Below, in pieces: positions 1 through 12,123 of a stretch of DNA of 64,000 nucleotides (position 1 is the first letter of the stretch; every line of letters begins with the position of its first letter). The DNA lies in contig CM119268.1 of the NCBI GenBank assembly GCA_051294375.1, positions 15,687,103 through 15,751,102 of the forward strand, read 5' to 3'. The translations under genes were made by a program, and so were the position numbers. The notes under the pieces are model-generated. The model worked only from the letters and a program-made list of their open reading frames with translations, had not been told where the DNA came from and searched no databases. The DNA comes from Paraspadella gotoi (Eukaryota; Animalia; Chaetognatha).

Positions 1-3000
1 AAGGAGTTATGTTCTCATTTTCATTCGCTAAGCCAGCAGTAATATCTAAAAATGCCATTTGTATATTTTAAATACATAATTACTTAATTAAAGGGATTGT
101 AGTAACAACTAACAAGGAAGTTTATGATAATCTTTGGTTTTATATGTGCTCTTTTAAATCAGTGGTGCTAAAGATTTTTTTTACCTGTAGCTATGTTTTT
201 GGGGGCGGAGCCTGTAAACAAATGTTATTGGTTTAATTAAGTTGCCCATTGCTTTACAACCATTACAAAGCTTCATTTTTCACCTATGCAGAAGAAACCA
301 GGCCATTCCCACATGTCTCCAAAAAGTTTATGACATTCCATTACTACAAAAGCTTCATTTTTAATTATCTTGCTGTTGTACTAAAAGGAAGTATTTTTAA
401 ATTATAAATTGAGTTCCTAAAGCATGGGTTCATGATTCATTTGTTGCTAATAATAAGATTCTAACCTCTAATTCAGCTTTGGGATCTTTACAAGAGACGC
501 GAACACGGTTCTGCCGTAAAATTTGAGATATAACGCTGAATATTACATTAAAAGATAAATTAAATTATTAATTTCGGATCTTGACTACAGTATTTATTCA
601 AGGCTTCTCGTACTTGTCATCCAACACGGCGTATTTATTTACTACTTTCGCCTGGAACCTCTCTTTTTGGTGTCTATAATCGCACATGCAGGCAAGTTCT
701 TCCACGTTAGTATCGGCTGGGTAACCAAGATCTACTTCGGATTTGCCTAGGTAAGAATCGATTTAAAAAATCTTAAAAGAATAGGATCGAGCCTCCCTTC
801 AATGATAACCAAATATTGATGCGATGTATTGATAACCAAATGATTGATGCGATGATAACCAAATGATTGATGCGATGATAACCAAATGATTGATGCGATG
901 ATAACCAAATATTGATGCGATGATAACCAATAATTGATGCGATGATAACCAAATGATCGATGTGATGATAACCAAATGATTGATGTGATAATAACCAAAT
1001 GGTTGATGCGATGATAGTCATTCATTGATGTGATGATAATCATTCATTGATACGATGATAGTCATTCATTGATGCGATGTTAGTCATTCATTGACGCAAT
1101 GAATCATTCATTATAAATAAAACAAACAAATGCGTGTATGAGTGAAAGAGAGAGAGAAAAGAGAGAGAAGAGAGAGTGAGAGAAGAGAGAGAGAAAGAAA
1201 GAGAATAAATCCACAAAAAATCTCAGATATAAATTGGGATTTTGCATTGAGAAAAAAGCGCAGAATAAATGGCGATAATAAAAGTTTTTAAAAGGAAAAA
1301 AAAATAATCAAAATTTTTTCAAAAAAACGATCACGCAAGAGATCGTACAGAGAGAGAGAGAGAGAGAGACAGAGAGAGAAGAACAGAGAGAGACAGAGAG
1401 AGACAGAAAAGCTGAAAGCCGCTGGAAGGCAGCTGAACAGTAACTGCAGAGCCTGAACTCGTTTTAAAGGGTTCAGAAAAAGCAGCAACTGACAACTTGA
1501 ATAAAGGGACAAGTGCCGCACCTATTTTTGTTGCATTTTTGTATATTAAGATTTTACAGCCATAGTGATAACAGAAGAAAGTGACAAAGTTATGAAATAT
1601 TATAGTAATATTATTCATATTTTATTTTCAAGTAATATTGAAAAAGGAAAATACCATTAAGATTAAAATCGGGAACATTTCCATGCTCCGCCAGCATTAA
1701 TAATCAAGGTACTAAAAATTTATGAAAATTTTCAATTACTTGTTTCAACTATTTTTTATTTTTTATTTTATATTTTATGAAAGATTTACCATTTAATCTA
1801 TATTCTTTAAATATATATATATTGGCTTTCTTAAAAATTTTTACTTTATCATTATATCTAATAACTCATTTTGGGAATGGATGTCAGTGTTGTCTTCTGG
1901 AAATAGAGGGAGCATCTACAATATATTTTTTTTTATTTAGTAACAGTGTAAAAGACTGGAAAACTAAACTATGTAAAAACTAAACTACATATTGAAATTC
2001 AAGATAAATTTTTTTTTATAGATTAATTTTTTAACGTTTAAATGGACTCATGAATAAAATGTTATGAAATAATTCATAAGAAACTATAAATTATAACGTT
2101 CAAGAACGTTCAAAAATAAAATTTTTAAACCAAAAAATATAAAAAGTAAAAAAAAAGAAGACAGTAAGCAAGTAAAAACTAAACTATTAAAAATCAACGA
2201 AAACAAAAGACACTAACGTTTAAATGGGCAAAAATAAAAAATAAGAAAAAAAAAAATTATATAAAATTTAAAGAAATAAAAGAAAGGAAAAAAATGTTAC
2301 AATTGTTTACAATTGGAAATTTTTACAATTTTTTTCCAATCATAGCTTGTAAAAGATTTTATTTTTATTTGTATTAAAATTAAGATATAGCTTCTCATTA
2401 AAGAGGTCCTTTGATTTCCCATTTTTATTATAAATTTAAAAAAGATTTTTTGAATTTCATCTTCAATATTATATACTGCAATATGTAAATTAGATTAAAG
2501 CATTTCTATATACTAATTTGGATATTAAACTGAGTACTATAATCTCATTTGCATATTGCAGTAAATTATAATGAAGTGGAAATTCAAACAAAAAATATTT
2601 GAATCCAAATGTAATATGAAAATTTCAGAGCTATTTTAAGATGAGAAGCCATATCTAAATTTTTAACTTACTATGATCGCACACTTTTATTTTAAAAGTA
2701 GGTCCCAGCCAAAACTATAAAAGCGACGACGACGACGACAAGCTGACCTGAATCAATATCGAGCCTGAACCGGCTTCGCCGGTAGGCTCAATAAAAAGAA
2801 ACCTAGAAGTTGGCCACTTAGCCACCTCATCGTGCCTCCACACAGAGCGAGATGTTATATATGTAAATATTATTCAGTTAGTTTCCGTTTTGTTCTAAAC
2901 GTTGGATCCCAAGTAAGGGTGAGCTGCCGACGGGCTAACAAAAAACCTGCCGGTAACACCAATATTTACAATAATTTGGTCATGAAATAGGCTATGACTC

Positions 3001-5797
3001 CTTAAGTAAGATTCCGTTGCACGACAGTGCGAATAAAAAATCAAGGACGATTACCACAATTCCTGCAACTGGTGCTCAGTGTTAATTGATCGGCGCTCAC
3101 CCAGTTTCCATTTTCCATTTTTGCAAACGATGACGACTCTTTTCGGGCGGACCAATTCACCCTGATCGTATCTTTGCAAAAACTTTTTCACTGTCATATC
3201 GATAATTGCAAATCCGGGTTTCTGTTCGGTGCATTCAATCCTTCCGTTGTCTGGTCCCTTGGGAAACATATTTAAGGAGATTAATTATGCTTCCTGTCGG
3301 AATCTGTCACCGTTTGTTTTATCGATGGCTCATTGAGATGCTTCTCTAAGCAAAAGAAAGGATGTTTTCTCTCTGTCCCTGCCCTGCTAAGAATGTAAAT
3401 AATGTAGAGTTTGCTTGTAATCATTAGCCCTTTTAGCCATTTATTGGATATATTGTAAGAATTTAATTGTTTAAAACATTATATTCATTAACTGTAGTAT
3501 TTTCCTTTCGTTTTGTTGTGTTTAAATAGTTTGAAAAGTAAAAGAGTTTTTGTTGTATTCAACAACGATTAATGTTAAAATCGGACATGTTTCGGTTCTA
3601 ATACGAACCTTCTGAGGCTGAGGGCAGTGGCCACCAAGGGGCTGCCCATTGGGTGCCCAAGTAACCGCTCATGAAGGCCAATCCTCCTCTCCCCAGGAGG
3701 ACGACCGGGTGCTTGTCGCCGAAGTGCCGACAGCGCCCACGACAGCGCAAATGGAAGATAGGCGCAAGTATGCCTAGAACGTGGGTCACCTGTCCCTCCC
3801 CTCCCACCGATTTTAACATTAATCGTTGTTGAATACAATAAAAACTTTTTAACTTTACAAACAATCATTCATTTACTAAATAAGCTATCTTGTTCCTGAC
3901 TGACTGAGAGGCTTTGGTGGTTTAATGCCTCCATCACTCTTACAAGATCATGACATTGCAAGCTTTCAATCAAGACGCTCTCACAGTCTCGTTTATTCAC
4001 TCCTAGAGTACCTGGCTTCGCTATACATGAAGTGGTATATTATTTCAAAGAATGTTTCAATTGTATGAAAAGACCACTTCCTTAAGTATTAGTTCGAGGA
4101 ATTCTATATTGTACTCCGCACTAGCATCAAAATATTAGAGCTTAAACAGTGGAAAACTTTTTAATAAATCTTATCATATAGTAATAATTGTTCTTTCAAA
4201 AATTTTCACTTACAATGAGAGCTAATGTAATTGGATATTTCCCAGAAAGATTGGGACAACTTGGCGATACTGTAAGTGCAAAATTATGGATGAGTATAAA
4301 TCAATAACTTTCAACGATTACAATTACCATGTTTAACCAGCGTAAAAAGAACTTTATTTCCAAGATCTATAGTTCGAAAAATTTAGTTCTCAAAAAAATA
4401 ATCGCATTCTTTAAAGATTGAAATATATTAATTGATAATTTGGACCTTTTTTGTCTGTGGTGGTGGTTTTCACGCAATCTTTAACTTTGTTTTGTCTTTA
4501 GACTTAGCTTTTTTTGATGCTCCTGTATGTACTGAATCAACCTTGTTGAATTCGAAATAAAACGCATATAATTACCTTTTTCTTCTTTCCAATTTGGACA
4601 TCGAGGCATTTTTGAATCCCTCATGCAAAGAAAATTCGCGTACCTAAAAATTAATATAAAATATAATCTCAACAGGGAACTAACATCGACGCAATATAAA
4701 CCATATTTGAAATTTTGATAATATTTTAAATAATTAGCTTTTTAAAATTTGTTTAAAAATTTATTACAATCTTAGAATGAAGTGTGAACACTGAACACAC
4801 CTTGATAGTTTCTACGTATTAACGGAAATATAATAATTAGGTGCTCAGGTACTACCTAACTTTGATTATAGAATGTACAAAGTTGTACAAAACTACTTTA
4901 ACTCGTTAATGTTTATAATTTATAAGTAGACCATTGCAAAAGAGAACATTGCATCTGGTAAGATAAATAATAAGGCGTAGAGAAGAATATACAATTTTAA
5001 ACATAATAAATAAGTATAAAAATAGAAATTCAAATCCAAAATTCAACGATTATCGTTCCTTACCAGAGGATCAGAAAAGCAAGGAGGAGCAGGATGAGGA
5101 CGAAAAAAAACAAACAGCCAATGCACGCGCGCCACAGAAACTTCTCTCTCGCGCGCCGACACGGTTCGATCTGAGCGCGCGGGGGCTCGGCTAACGTTTC
5201 GTCACTCCAGCTCAGCTCCAAATCAATACCTCCAGACTACAGAGGGAGACGAATTAAGATCATTTCTTTTAAATTTAACTGGGTAGGTATTTACCATAAA
5301 AAAATGTTAATCTTCCTCAATGACGTAAAATGAATAGAGAAATCGTCCCTTATTTCTATATCTCACCTTGAGTGGAGGAGGTTCAACTTCCGCCGTTCTC
5401 AATTCCGTCACGACGTCCGTTTGTTTTTGCAATTCCGTCCCGTGAGTTTCGTGAGCCTCTTCGTGCAAGTGTCCTTTTCCTTTCATGTGCTGTTTTTTTG
5501 TTTTTTTTTTCAAACGTGTGACAAAGAAAAAAAAAACTTTACTTTTACAAAAACGACTGCAAAGATTTTTATGTTACTTTCTCCCGCTCATGGGCAATTT
5601 AAAAAAAAACGGAGGTCTTCCGCAGCCTCCACCTGCTGCACGTAGTGTTGGTAGTTCTCATCGAACCAATCGGCGTGGAAATCGTAGTCAGACTCCGAAT
5701 CGCGCGACGTCGATGTCGACTCGTCGTCGTCTTCGTCGCTGGAATCGTCGTCGACGTCGTCTTCGGGTCGCTCTTCCTCGTTTCGTTCAGACGACAT
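1..5797 (-). CDS. Uncharacterised multi-exon type II membrane protein, paralog A (acidic N-tail, one TM, two divergent sushi/CCP-like modules); 3' end runs out of the window
   Basis: Hand-spliced GT-AG exons keep phase: MSSERNEE...YVQQ | HMKGKG...PPPLK | SGGIDLELSWSD...EPCRRAREKFLWRACIGCLFFFVLILLLLAFLILW | YANFLCMRDSKMPRCPNW... | PSCPNLSG... | GPDNGRIECTEQKPGF...VCKNGKWKLG | ...YPADTNVEELACMCD... | ILRQNRVRVSCKD... | ...VMECHKLFGDMWEWPGFFC. Aligns exon by exon with the paralog at 6099-9663. Confidence 0.75.
800..1110. repeat. Minisatellite, ~23-bp unit TGATGCGATGATAACCAAATGAT drifting into a ~22-bp variant TGATGCGATGATAGTCATTCAT
   Basis: About 13 consecutive units read directly. It lies in an intron of paralog A and explains the repetitive ORFs 747-1043 and 773-1021. 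Confidence 0.92.
2375..2665. mobile_element. Degenerate ~290-bp palindrome (MITE-like)
   Basis: AGATATAGCTTCTCAT...TACTGCAATATGTAAATTAGATTA mirrored by TAATCTCATTTGCATATTGCAGTA...ATGAGAAGCCATATCT; no target-site duplication (TSD) identified. Confidence 0.55.
2720..2798. mobile_element. Helentron/HINE-like terminus
   Basis: (GAC)n microsatellite next to a GC hairpin GAGCCT-GA-ACCGGC-TTC-GCCGGT-AGGCTC that abuts an A-run, the layout typical of DINE-1/HINE ends. Confidence 0.5.
3528..3862 (-). mobile_element. Penelope-like remnant: ~55-bp inverted repeats enclosing a 5'-truncated hammerhead motif and a GC-rich insert
   Basis: Arms ...TTGTATTCAACAACGATTAATGTTAAAATCGG (to 3584) and CCGATTTTAACATTAATCGTTGTTGAATACAA... 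(from 3807). Minus strand reads GGTTC-GTATTA-GAACC-GAAA-CATGTC (stem II plus palindromic minimal stem III); the CTGANGA box is absent (CTCAGAA). Confidence 0.55.
3863..4135 (+). repeat. Dispersed ~300-bp repeat family, diverged copy
   Basis: Clear similarity to 49975-50250, e.g. CTCACAGTCTCGTTTATTCACTCC and TGTACTCCGCACTAGCATCAAA. Confidence 0.85.
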
Positions 5798-6098
5798 CTT
5801 TATTTTCTTAACTTTACAAAAGTTTTTTAAAACTTTAATTCTAGTTGTTTTTTTTTCTTTTTTTCACTTTGGAAAAAAAAAAATTACGTAAGATTAATCG
5901 AAACGATTATGTACTTCTTTTTTTTCAGCTTTTTTATTATGAACGAAGGAATATATAAATAGTTTTTATTTCTACGTCTAAATGGTAAAGGTCCACTGCT
6001 ACACCTTCTACATGCACGGAACAAATTGTCGAATTAAATGGTTTATATTAAGTGTTCTTCATAAACTATAATTAATTACTAATCTACATAAATATAAA

Positions 6099-7239
6099 TT
6101 ATTTCTTATGGCAGGAGACCTCCGGCCACTCCCAAAAATAGTTATAAAGATGTCGACATTCCATGACGATAAAAGGTTCATTGATCTTAAACGTGATGTA
6201 CTGGGAATAAAAGTGAATAGAAGTTATTTTGTCAGTTCGGAGAGAAGATCATAGAGACAAGTTTTTTTGCTCTAAAACTTTTTAAAAAACCACTTATTGA
6301 CTTGATGAAACAGATTTTCTCTTCCCTTTTAATCCATGAAAATTTGCAAATNNNNNNNNNNTAGCATAGTCCAGTGTACGTATAAACACCTAAACTCAAC
6401 ATTTATCCAGCCTCATAAATTGTGACTTACTTTTATCTTCGCCTTCGAATCCTCGCAAGACACGCGAATTCTGTTCTGACGTAGAATTTTAATAGTCACA
6501 CTAAAAGACAGTTGATAAAAAAGAATCTGTCATAGTTATCACGTTTACAGTTTTGTTTATAACCATTTTCTTTACTTGGACGCGACGTAACCGTTGTATA
6601 CAAGATGTTCATGTCCATGCCGTTTCTGATTGCGAATATCGCACATGCAGCTGAGAGTCTCGACTTTGATATCAGCGGGATATTCGTCAGTCGCTTAAAA
6701 AAAGAGACGATGACAGGGAAATCGGTGACAGTATTTTTTTATAAATCAACAATCGCGACTCCGATATTTCAGTAATCACTCTGTGTGTTTTTTTTTGTCA
6801 TACTTCACAAATATATATATATAGAAGTGATAAACGTTTGGCTATGTCGGGATCACCTGATACGCTGATTTTTTTTAAGTTTGCCTACTTAAATTCTTAA
6901 TATCGGGTTTTTCATTTTCTGTTTTAAAACTCCAATTGCAACTGCAATTAAAATTTAACTGTAGCGGTAGCCTTTAACTTCCGCGCCGTGAAAAGTTTTT
7001 GTGTCAATGAATAGAGGGATGTTCTAATCTAGAACGTTTACCCAGTTTCCAAGTTCCATTAGAGCAAGTGATAGGGACTTCTTGCGCCCGAATCAAAGTT
7101 TGACCCGAATCCTCCCACTTTTCGAGGAATCGACGACCGGTCAAGTCAACCAGAACGAATCCATATTTCTCGGTGCATTGCACTTTCAGGACTTTACCCG
7201 TCTGAGAAAAGATGGTTATGGAATTATTATTATTATTAT

Positions 7240-7303
<64 letters not shown>

Positions 7304-9663
7304 TATGTAGTTATTTGAGTGAGTTGAGAAATTTCCCGATACAAAAATTTAGTAACGCTTAATTATTTACATGGAATGATCAAGGAATATTATTATGTTA
7401 ATAGATAATAGATTTCAGGGGGTCATGTCTACGTGGATCGTGAAAACCTGCGGTGGTTTTGTGATTTATTTGAAGTACTCACAAAAGCGACATTCGTCAA
7501 TCTATTCTCAATCTTTTTCGATAGAGGAGGACATCGAGGTTCGACTAAATGAAAAAAAAAATATTGTAGTCGAAGACATAATAAACTGAAAAAAGTTTTT
7601 AGTACTCGCGGAGCAACTCTATAAGTCACTTTTCGGTCGGTCTATCGGTCGGTATGTCTGTCCGTCGGTCTGTCCCACTTACGTTTAAAATATATAATTT
7701 GCCTATAGTTAGTTGCTTATTTGTTTGCCTTCAGCAAATCTTAAAACATTATATTAAAGAATGAAAGACGGAATTCCGATGCAGAGCATGTCATAAATAC
7801 GCGGGCTATGAAAGTTATTTTAATTAATACTTAACAGACTGGTAAAACATTACTAAATGCTAAATGCAAAACTACGGTCACGTGATCACAAAGTAAATAC
7901 AGCATACACATTGGATGGACCGATCTTGTTTTGTATTTATACTCCTAATTTGACATTTTTTTCAGAAAAATAAGAGTTGCTCCCGATATATATACAACTT
8001 GGGTGTGCCTAAGTAATTTTTGCTTATTAAAACTCGATTAGTAAAAAAATATTTAGTGAATATTAGCATGTCGTATTACCTTCCCCCTGATTCCACGAAG
8101 AGCATCCAAACAAATGTTCGTCTCGCATGCAAAATTCATTAACGTACCTTCACAATGATAAATTTGTAAACTAATGGTTCTATAAACAAATTAGACCAAA
8201 ATATTCCACAATAACCTAGAATCAGTTAGCTAATCAACGTATAGATTTACTCGGGGCATTGTTTTGATACAGAGATGACTTCTGATTTGGATTTCTGTTT
8301 TCCAGTATTTTAATTTTTCTCACTGAGATAGGATGTGCTTCGGAATCTTTAACTTGTAATTATTATGGAACTAAAAAAACTAAACGAATTACAATCACCA
8401 TAGTGTCATAAAAACATAAAGGGCGAGAACGACGGCGAAAGAAATGCAGGCCCCGATGCAAACATGCCAGAGAAAACTCTCTCTCGCTCGGCGGCACGGC
8501 TCAACCAGCGCCCCCACTGAGGTCAGGTTGGAGGTGCCACTCCAGCTAAGGTCCACTTCGACCCCTTCATTCTCCGGCTGAAAATAGAATAGATAAGAGT
8601 TGGAGACAGAGAGAGAATTCGGGGAAATAGTCTGTAGTCAGACATTGCATAATGTTCGCCCCGCCTATAAGCATGACAACTTCAGTCGTGACTCGAGGGC
8701 TCATTGAGTATTCACTATTGAGTAATACCATCAGCTCAAGACAATTAGGTACCGTGATCGATACCCGATGGTACCTACCTTGCGGGAAGCTTGAGGACGG
8801 CCGTAAACCACATCGGGGGCGTGGAAAACCCCCTAGCCTGGTTCCAAGCCCAGCACTCGTTCCAATGCTGCGCCATATCAACAAGTCTCTATTAACTTTT
8901 AGTATTTTTGATGATTTTAATATTTTCTTTTGTTTATTTCTAATCAATTCAATTATTCATCCGTGATGGAAAGCCGAGCGCTGCGACCGCGTGCCTCATC
9001 GAAAAGATCCTCCACTTCTGCCACGAGATGTTTCAGGCTGACGTTACTGGAGCGAGCCATATTCAATTGATTCTCGGTTTCATTATTCGGCTCCAAGTGG
9101 ACGTGTTCGAGGCCAGAGTAGTACTAAAGTGAATTGGAAGAAAGGAAGAACTGGAAGGCGTGAAAAGGATGGAGCTCGACGGGCTATAAAAAGGTATGAT
9201 GATCATGATAGTTCAAATGTTTAACATTGGTTTGCGATAAAAATAAATAAATACTATAAACGGAGGTAAGGGGTATTCATATTCTATTTGAAATTTCCAA
9301 TAAACCATTTATCCTCATCATTGTTCCGATTATTATGATTCAATGTGAAATAAATTTGAAAAATTTTTTTTTCATTTTTTTAAATTCGTTTGACACATGT
9401 CAAAACCAAGTCATTAATCATAAACGCACCTCGGGTAAGAAATGATGATGTTGGCGTTCAGTGGCGTTGGCATTGACATTCACGTCATAGTCGCTATAGT
9501 CGTCGTCGTCGTCGTCATCGCTCGTATATTCGTCTTCGCAGTCGCTTTCCCTGTCAGATTTTGAATCGTTATTGTTGTTTTTGTTTTCATTTTCTTCATA
9601 ATCAACGGAATCGTCGTCGTCGTCCACGTCGTTCAGAAGTCGACTTTTTGAACTTATGGACAT
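6099..9663 (-). CDS. Uncharacterised multi-exon type II membrane protein, paralog B
   Basis: MSISSKS...(acidic)...FLPE | ... | PENEGVEVDLSWSG...EPCRRARESFLWHVCIGACISFAVVLALYVFMTLW | YVNEFCMRDEHLFGCSSW... | EPRCPPLS... | TGKVLKVQCTEKYGF...ITCSNGTWKL | ...YPADIKVETLSCMCD... | ILRQNRIRVSCED... | ...IVMECRHLYNYFWEWPEVSCHKK-stop (TAA 6099-6101). The exon 2 donor is uncertain and a scaffold gap at 6352-6361 lies inside the gene. Confidence 0.75.
7222..7303. repeat. Compound (ATT)n(AGT)n microsatellite
   Basis: Read directly; it produces the poly-Ile/poly-Ser of ORF 7082-7318. Confidence 0.95.
7596..7990 (+). mobile_element. Helentron-associated (HINE/DINE-1-like) non-autonomous element
   Basis: T-run start, subterminal inverted repeat GGAGCAACTCT (7610-7620) / AGAGTTGCTCC (7973-7983), and a (GGTC/GTCT)n microsatellite just after the 5' repeat. 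Confidence 0.6.
8688..8885 (+). mobile_element. tRNA-derived SINE, diverged copy
   Basis: Aligns to 35760-36000 (GGCTCATTGAGTA, ATTAGGTACCG, GGTACCTACC.TGCGGGAAG, GAGGACGGCCGTAA, AGCCTGGTTCCAAGCCCAG). Confidence 0.8.
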
Positions 9664-10304
9664 TTTTCTTGTCTAATGTTTCTGGTTAACGTTACTACAC
9701 AAGTTTAGGGGATCTCCCTTAGCAGTTAAATAATATATAACAACGGTAACACAAAAATGTTGCGAAAGGCTGACCTGTTGACATGGCTAAAACAAGCCAA
9801 TTTCAAAATACGGCTCTTGTTACGACAGTTATTACGACATTTATGCTCTAACTTTCATTCTTTATAGTATCTCGCTCGTCATTCTTTGCTCTTGCAAATT
9901 TAACGTAAGGATAGTTTGATGCATTTCTAATAGTTGTCACAGGCAAATATTATAATCGAAAACATTTACAACAATTACTGATTGATTTTTTTTATCTTTG
10001 GAAACAAGATAATTCAGGTATCATAATTTTAAAAATTGATGTTAGGCGACATGAACACGAAATTTCAAAGATCGAGTAATTTGTTGTTTTTTTTTTTCGG
10101 CAAGAGCGCGACTTAGCGATGATCCTCGAAGACAACTGCGGCAAAACTATTATGGCGAAATTAACAATTAATATATTTTTAAACGATTAAATTTTTTTTT
10201 TCATCGATTTCTGAATTTTCGATTCGGTCGTGGATATCGACGTCTATATCTCCACGCCCCCTGGACCCGCGCAAAGAGCGGAACGGTGACGGTTGAGAGC
10301 CGAA

Positions 10305-10453
10305 TCAGTTGAGCATGCAGGACTCGTAGGTCGGCACCATGTATTTGATGTTGATGAAGGCGTCTTCGCCTCCGTGCCGTTCGAACGCTTCCAGCGTCTC
10401 CTGAAAGGTGGTAAAACGTTTTAATGATCTCTCTGCCTGTTTTTGTTCTCCCC

Positions 10454-10484
<31 letters not shown>

Positions 10485-12123
10485 CTCTCTAACCTGAATT
10501 AGGTCCCCGACATTCTCCCTCTTCTGCTGACTGTAGTCGATGCCATCGCCCGTGTTTTTGTTTTTGTTCTTGAAGATGTTTAGGACGGGGAGAATTTGAC
10601 GATAGTAGGGGACCAGGGCCTCGCCGACCATGTCGCCGGAGACAACGAGGTGCTGAAGGATCTGGCCGTTCAAGGGATTCAAATGTACATCATTTTTTTA
10701 TTGCCAAAATAAATAAATAAATAAATAACATCTTCCTCGTGTATTTTTCACTTTTACAATTTTTATACATGGTTTTAAAACTGACCTGCTCGTATCGGTA
10801 ATTCCAAGACGTTTAGCTCATAGACTATTAGGTTGCTCATTTGTTTTCTACATACAAGATTCATTTTAAACCTCATTTGCATGTTATTTTTCAATGTTGA
10901 AAATAATAAGAAAAATCCATCTTTTGTTAGTTATTACATGATTACGGCCATCCCCACAATTGGATCTTCACCTTGAGCGAAGTGCAGACGCAGCCGTCGT
11001 TCCTCGTGTTGAGGGCGTTTTTGATGGGGATGATGAGTTGCGGGATGACGGGGAGGATCTTGGAACCCCCGTGCTCCAGCATGTCGTGGACGCCTTGACG
11101 GGAGAAGAATTCGTAGGGGTGGGCCGTCTCGCAGAGGCCTGAAAGAATAGTTGGGGTAGGAGTCGGAAAAGGAGATGGTGAACAAGTATTAAATATTCAA
11201 TATCTGAAAATCTATCGGAATCAGACAAAAATCCACGTTTAGTGTTTACATCCACTTGGGAATTGTATCGGTCAAGTTATCCCTCTGATTTGAACGTATG
11301 TTTCTTTCCCATCTATCCTGTCCTATCCATCCTCTCTATCCCTTTCTCCAAATTCAGTCCTAACAGAATGATTTTTGCCATAAAGTCTTATAAATCTTAT
11401 ACTAAGACCGCAAAAATTGATGTACTTTTTTCAGTTTAAGCATATTCCTTGATGAAAATGACATGAAAATGCCATCGCACTGTGACCATCAATAAAATTA
11501 GTCAGTAATGAAATCTTGTCAAAAGATTTTCCAACCCCTCCGACTCTCCCTCCCCTCACCGTCGAAGAAGAGAGGTAGGTAGTGATGGTAGTCCAGCTTT
11601 TCGATCTCCACCTTCCAAGCGATCTTGTTTCCCTTCGTATCGTGTTCCAGGGCGATTGGAAAATCCCCGCGTTCGTAGAACTTTCGAAAGGCTGTCGGTT
11701 TCGACGGGCGCTTGTTGTAGGCGCCGGCGGGAGGCGGTTCCAACACCTTAAAAACACGGGATCGGGGTTTTTTTTTTTTGAAATATCGTCTCATGTAGAT
11801 TGTTTTGCTTTGAATTTGGTTGTAGGATTTTTCGTTTATGTAGTTTAGTCAACTATAATAACATGAGCGCACGTAATCATTATTTGACCTAATATTTTGG
11901 TTTGAATTGGTAAATAAAACAAAATTTTCAACCATACTTTTTAACTAATTAAGTAGGGATAACTAACAATATCACGACCGAATCGTTTCCGACTAACTTT
12001 GGAATTCGTCATGTAAGACTGAACAGTGAATCCCGCGCACTCGATGGGCTTTTGGTTTCGCTTAGCGACGGACGACGACATCCGGGGATTTTGTGTGTGC
12101 TGCACCGTCGTCGTCGGCGCCAT
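10305..12123 (-). CDS. PACRG: Parkin co-regulated gene protein (axonemal inner-junction protein), 5 exons
   Basis: [48 protein letters not shown]; [20 protein letters not shown]; [45 protein letters not shown]; four in-phase GT-AG introns. Confidence 0.97.

Noticed and set aside
800-1110. Regular short repeats resembling a CRISPR array
   Set aside because: Units are contiguous with no unique spacers, the context is a eukaryotic intron and there are no cas genes; it is a minisatellite.
2809-2960. Possible HDV-like ribozyme (CACCTCATCGTG ... GACGGGCTAAC)
   Set aside because: I could not build consistent P1, P1.1 and P2 pairings for the nested double pseudoknot.
3290-3390. Extra exon-like block in paralog A (AGTERKHPFFCLEK...)
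   Set aside because: Its phase is incompatible with the upstream exon, and direct splicing past it matches paralog B.
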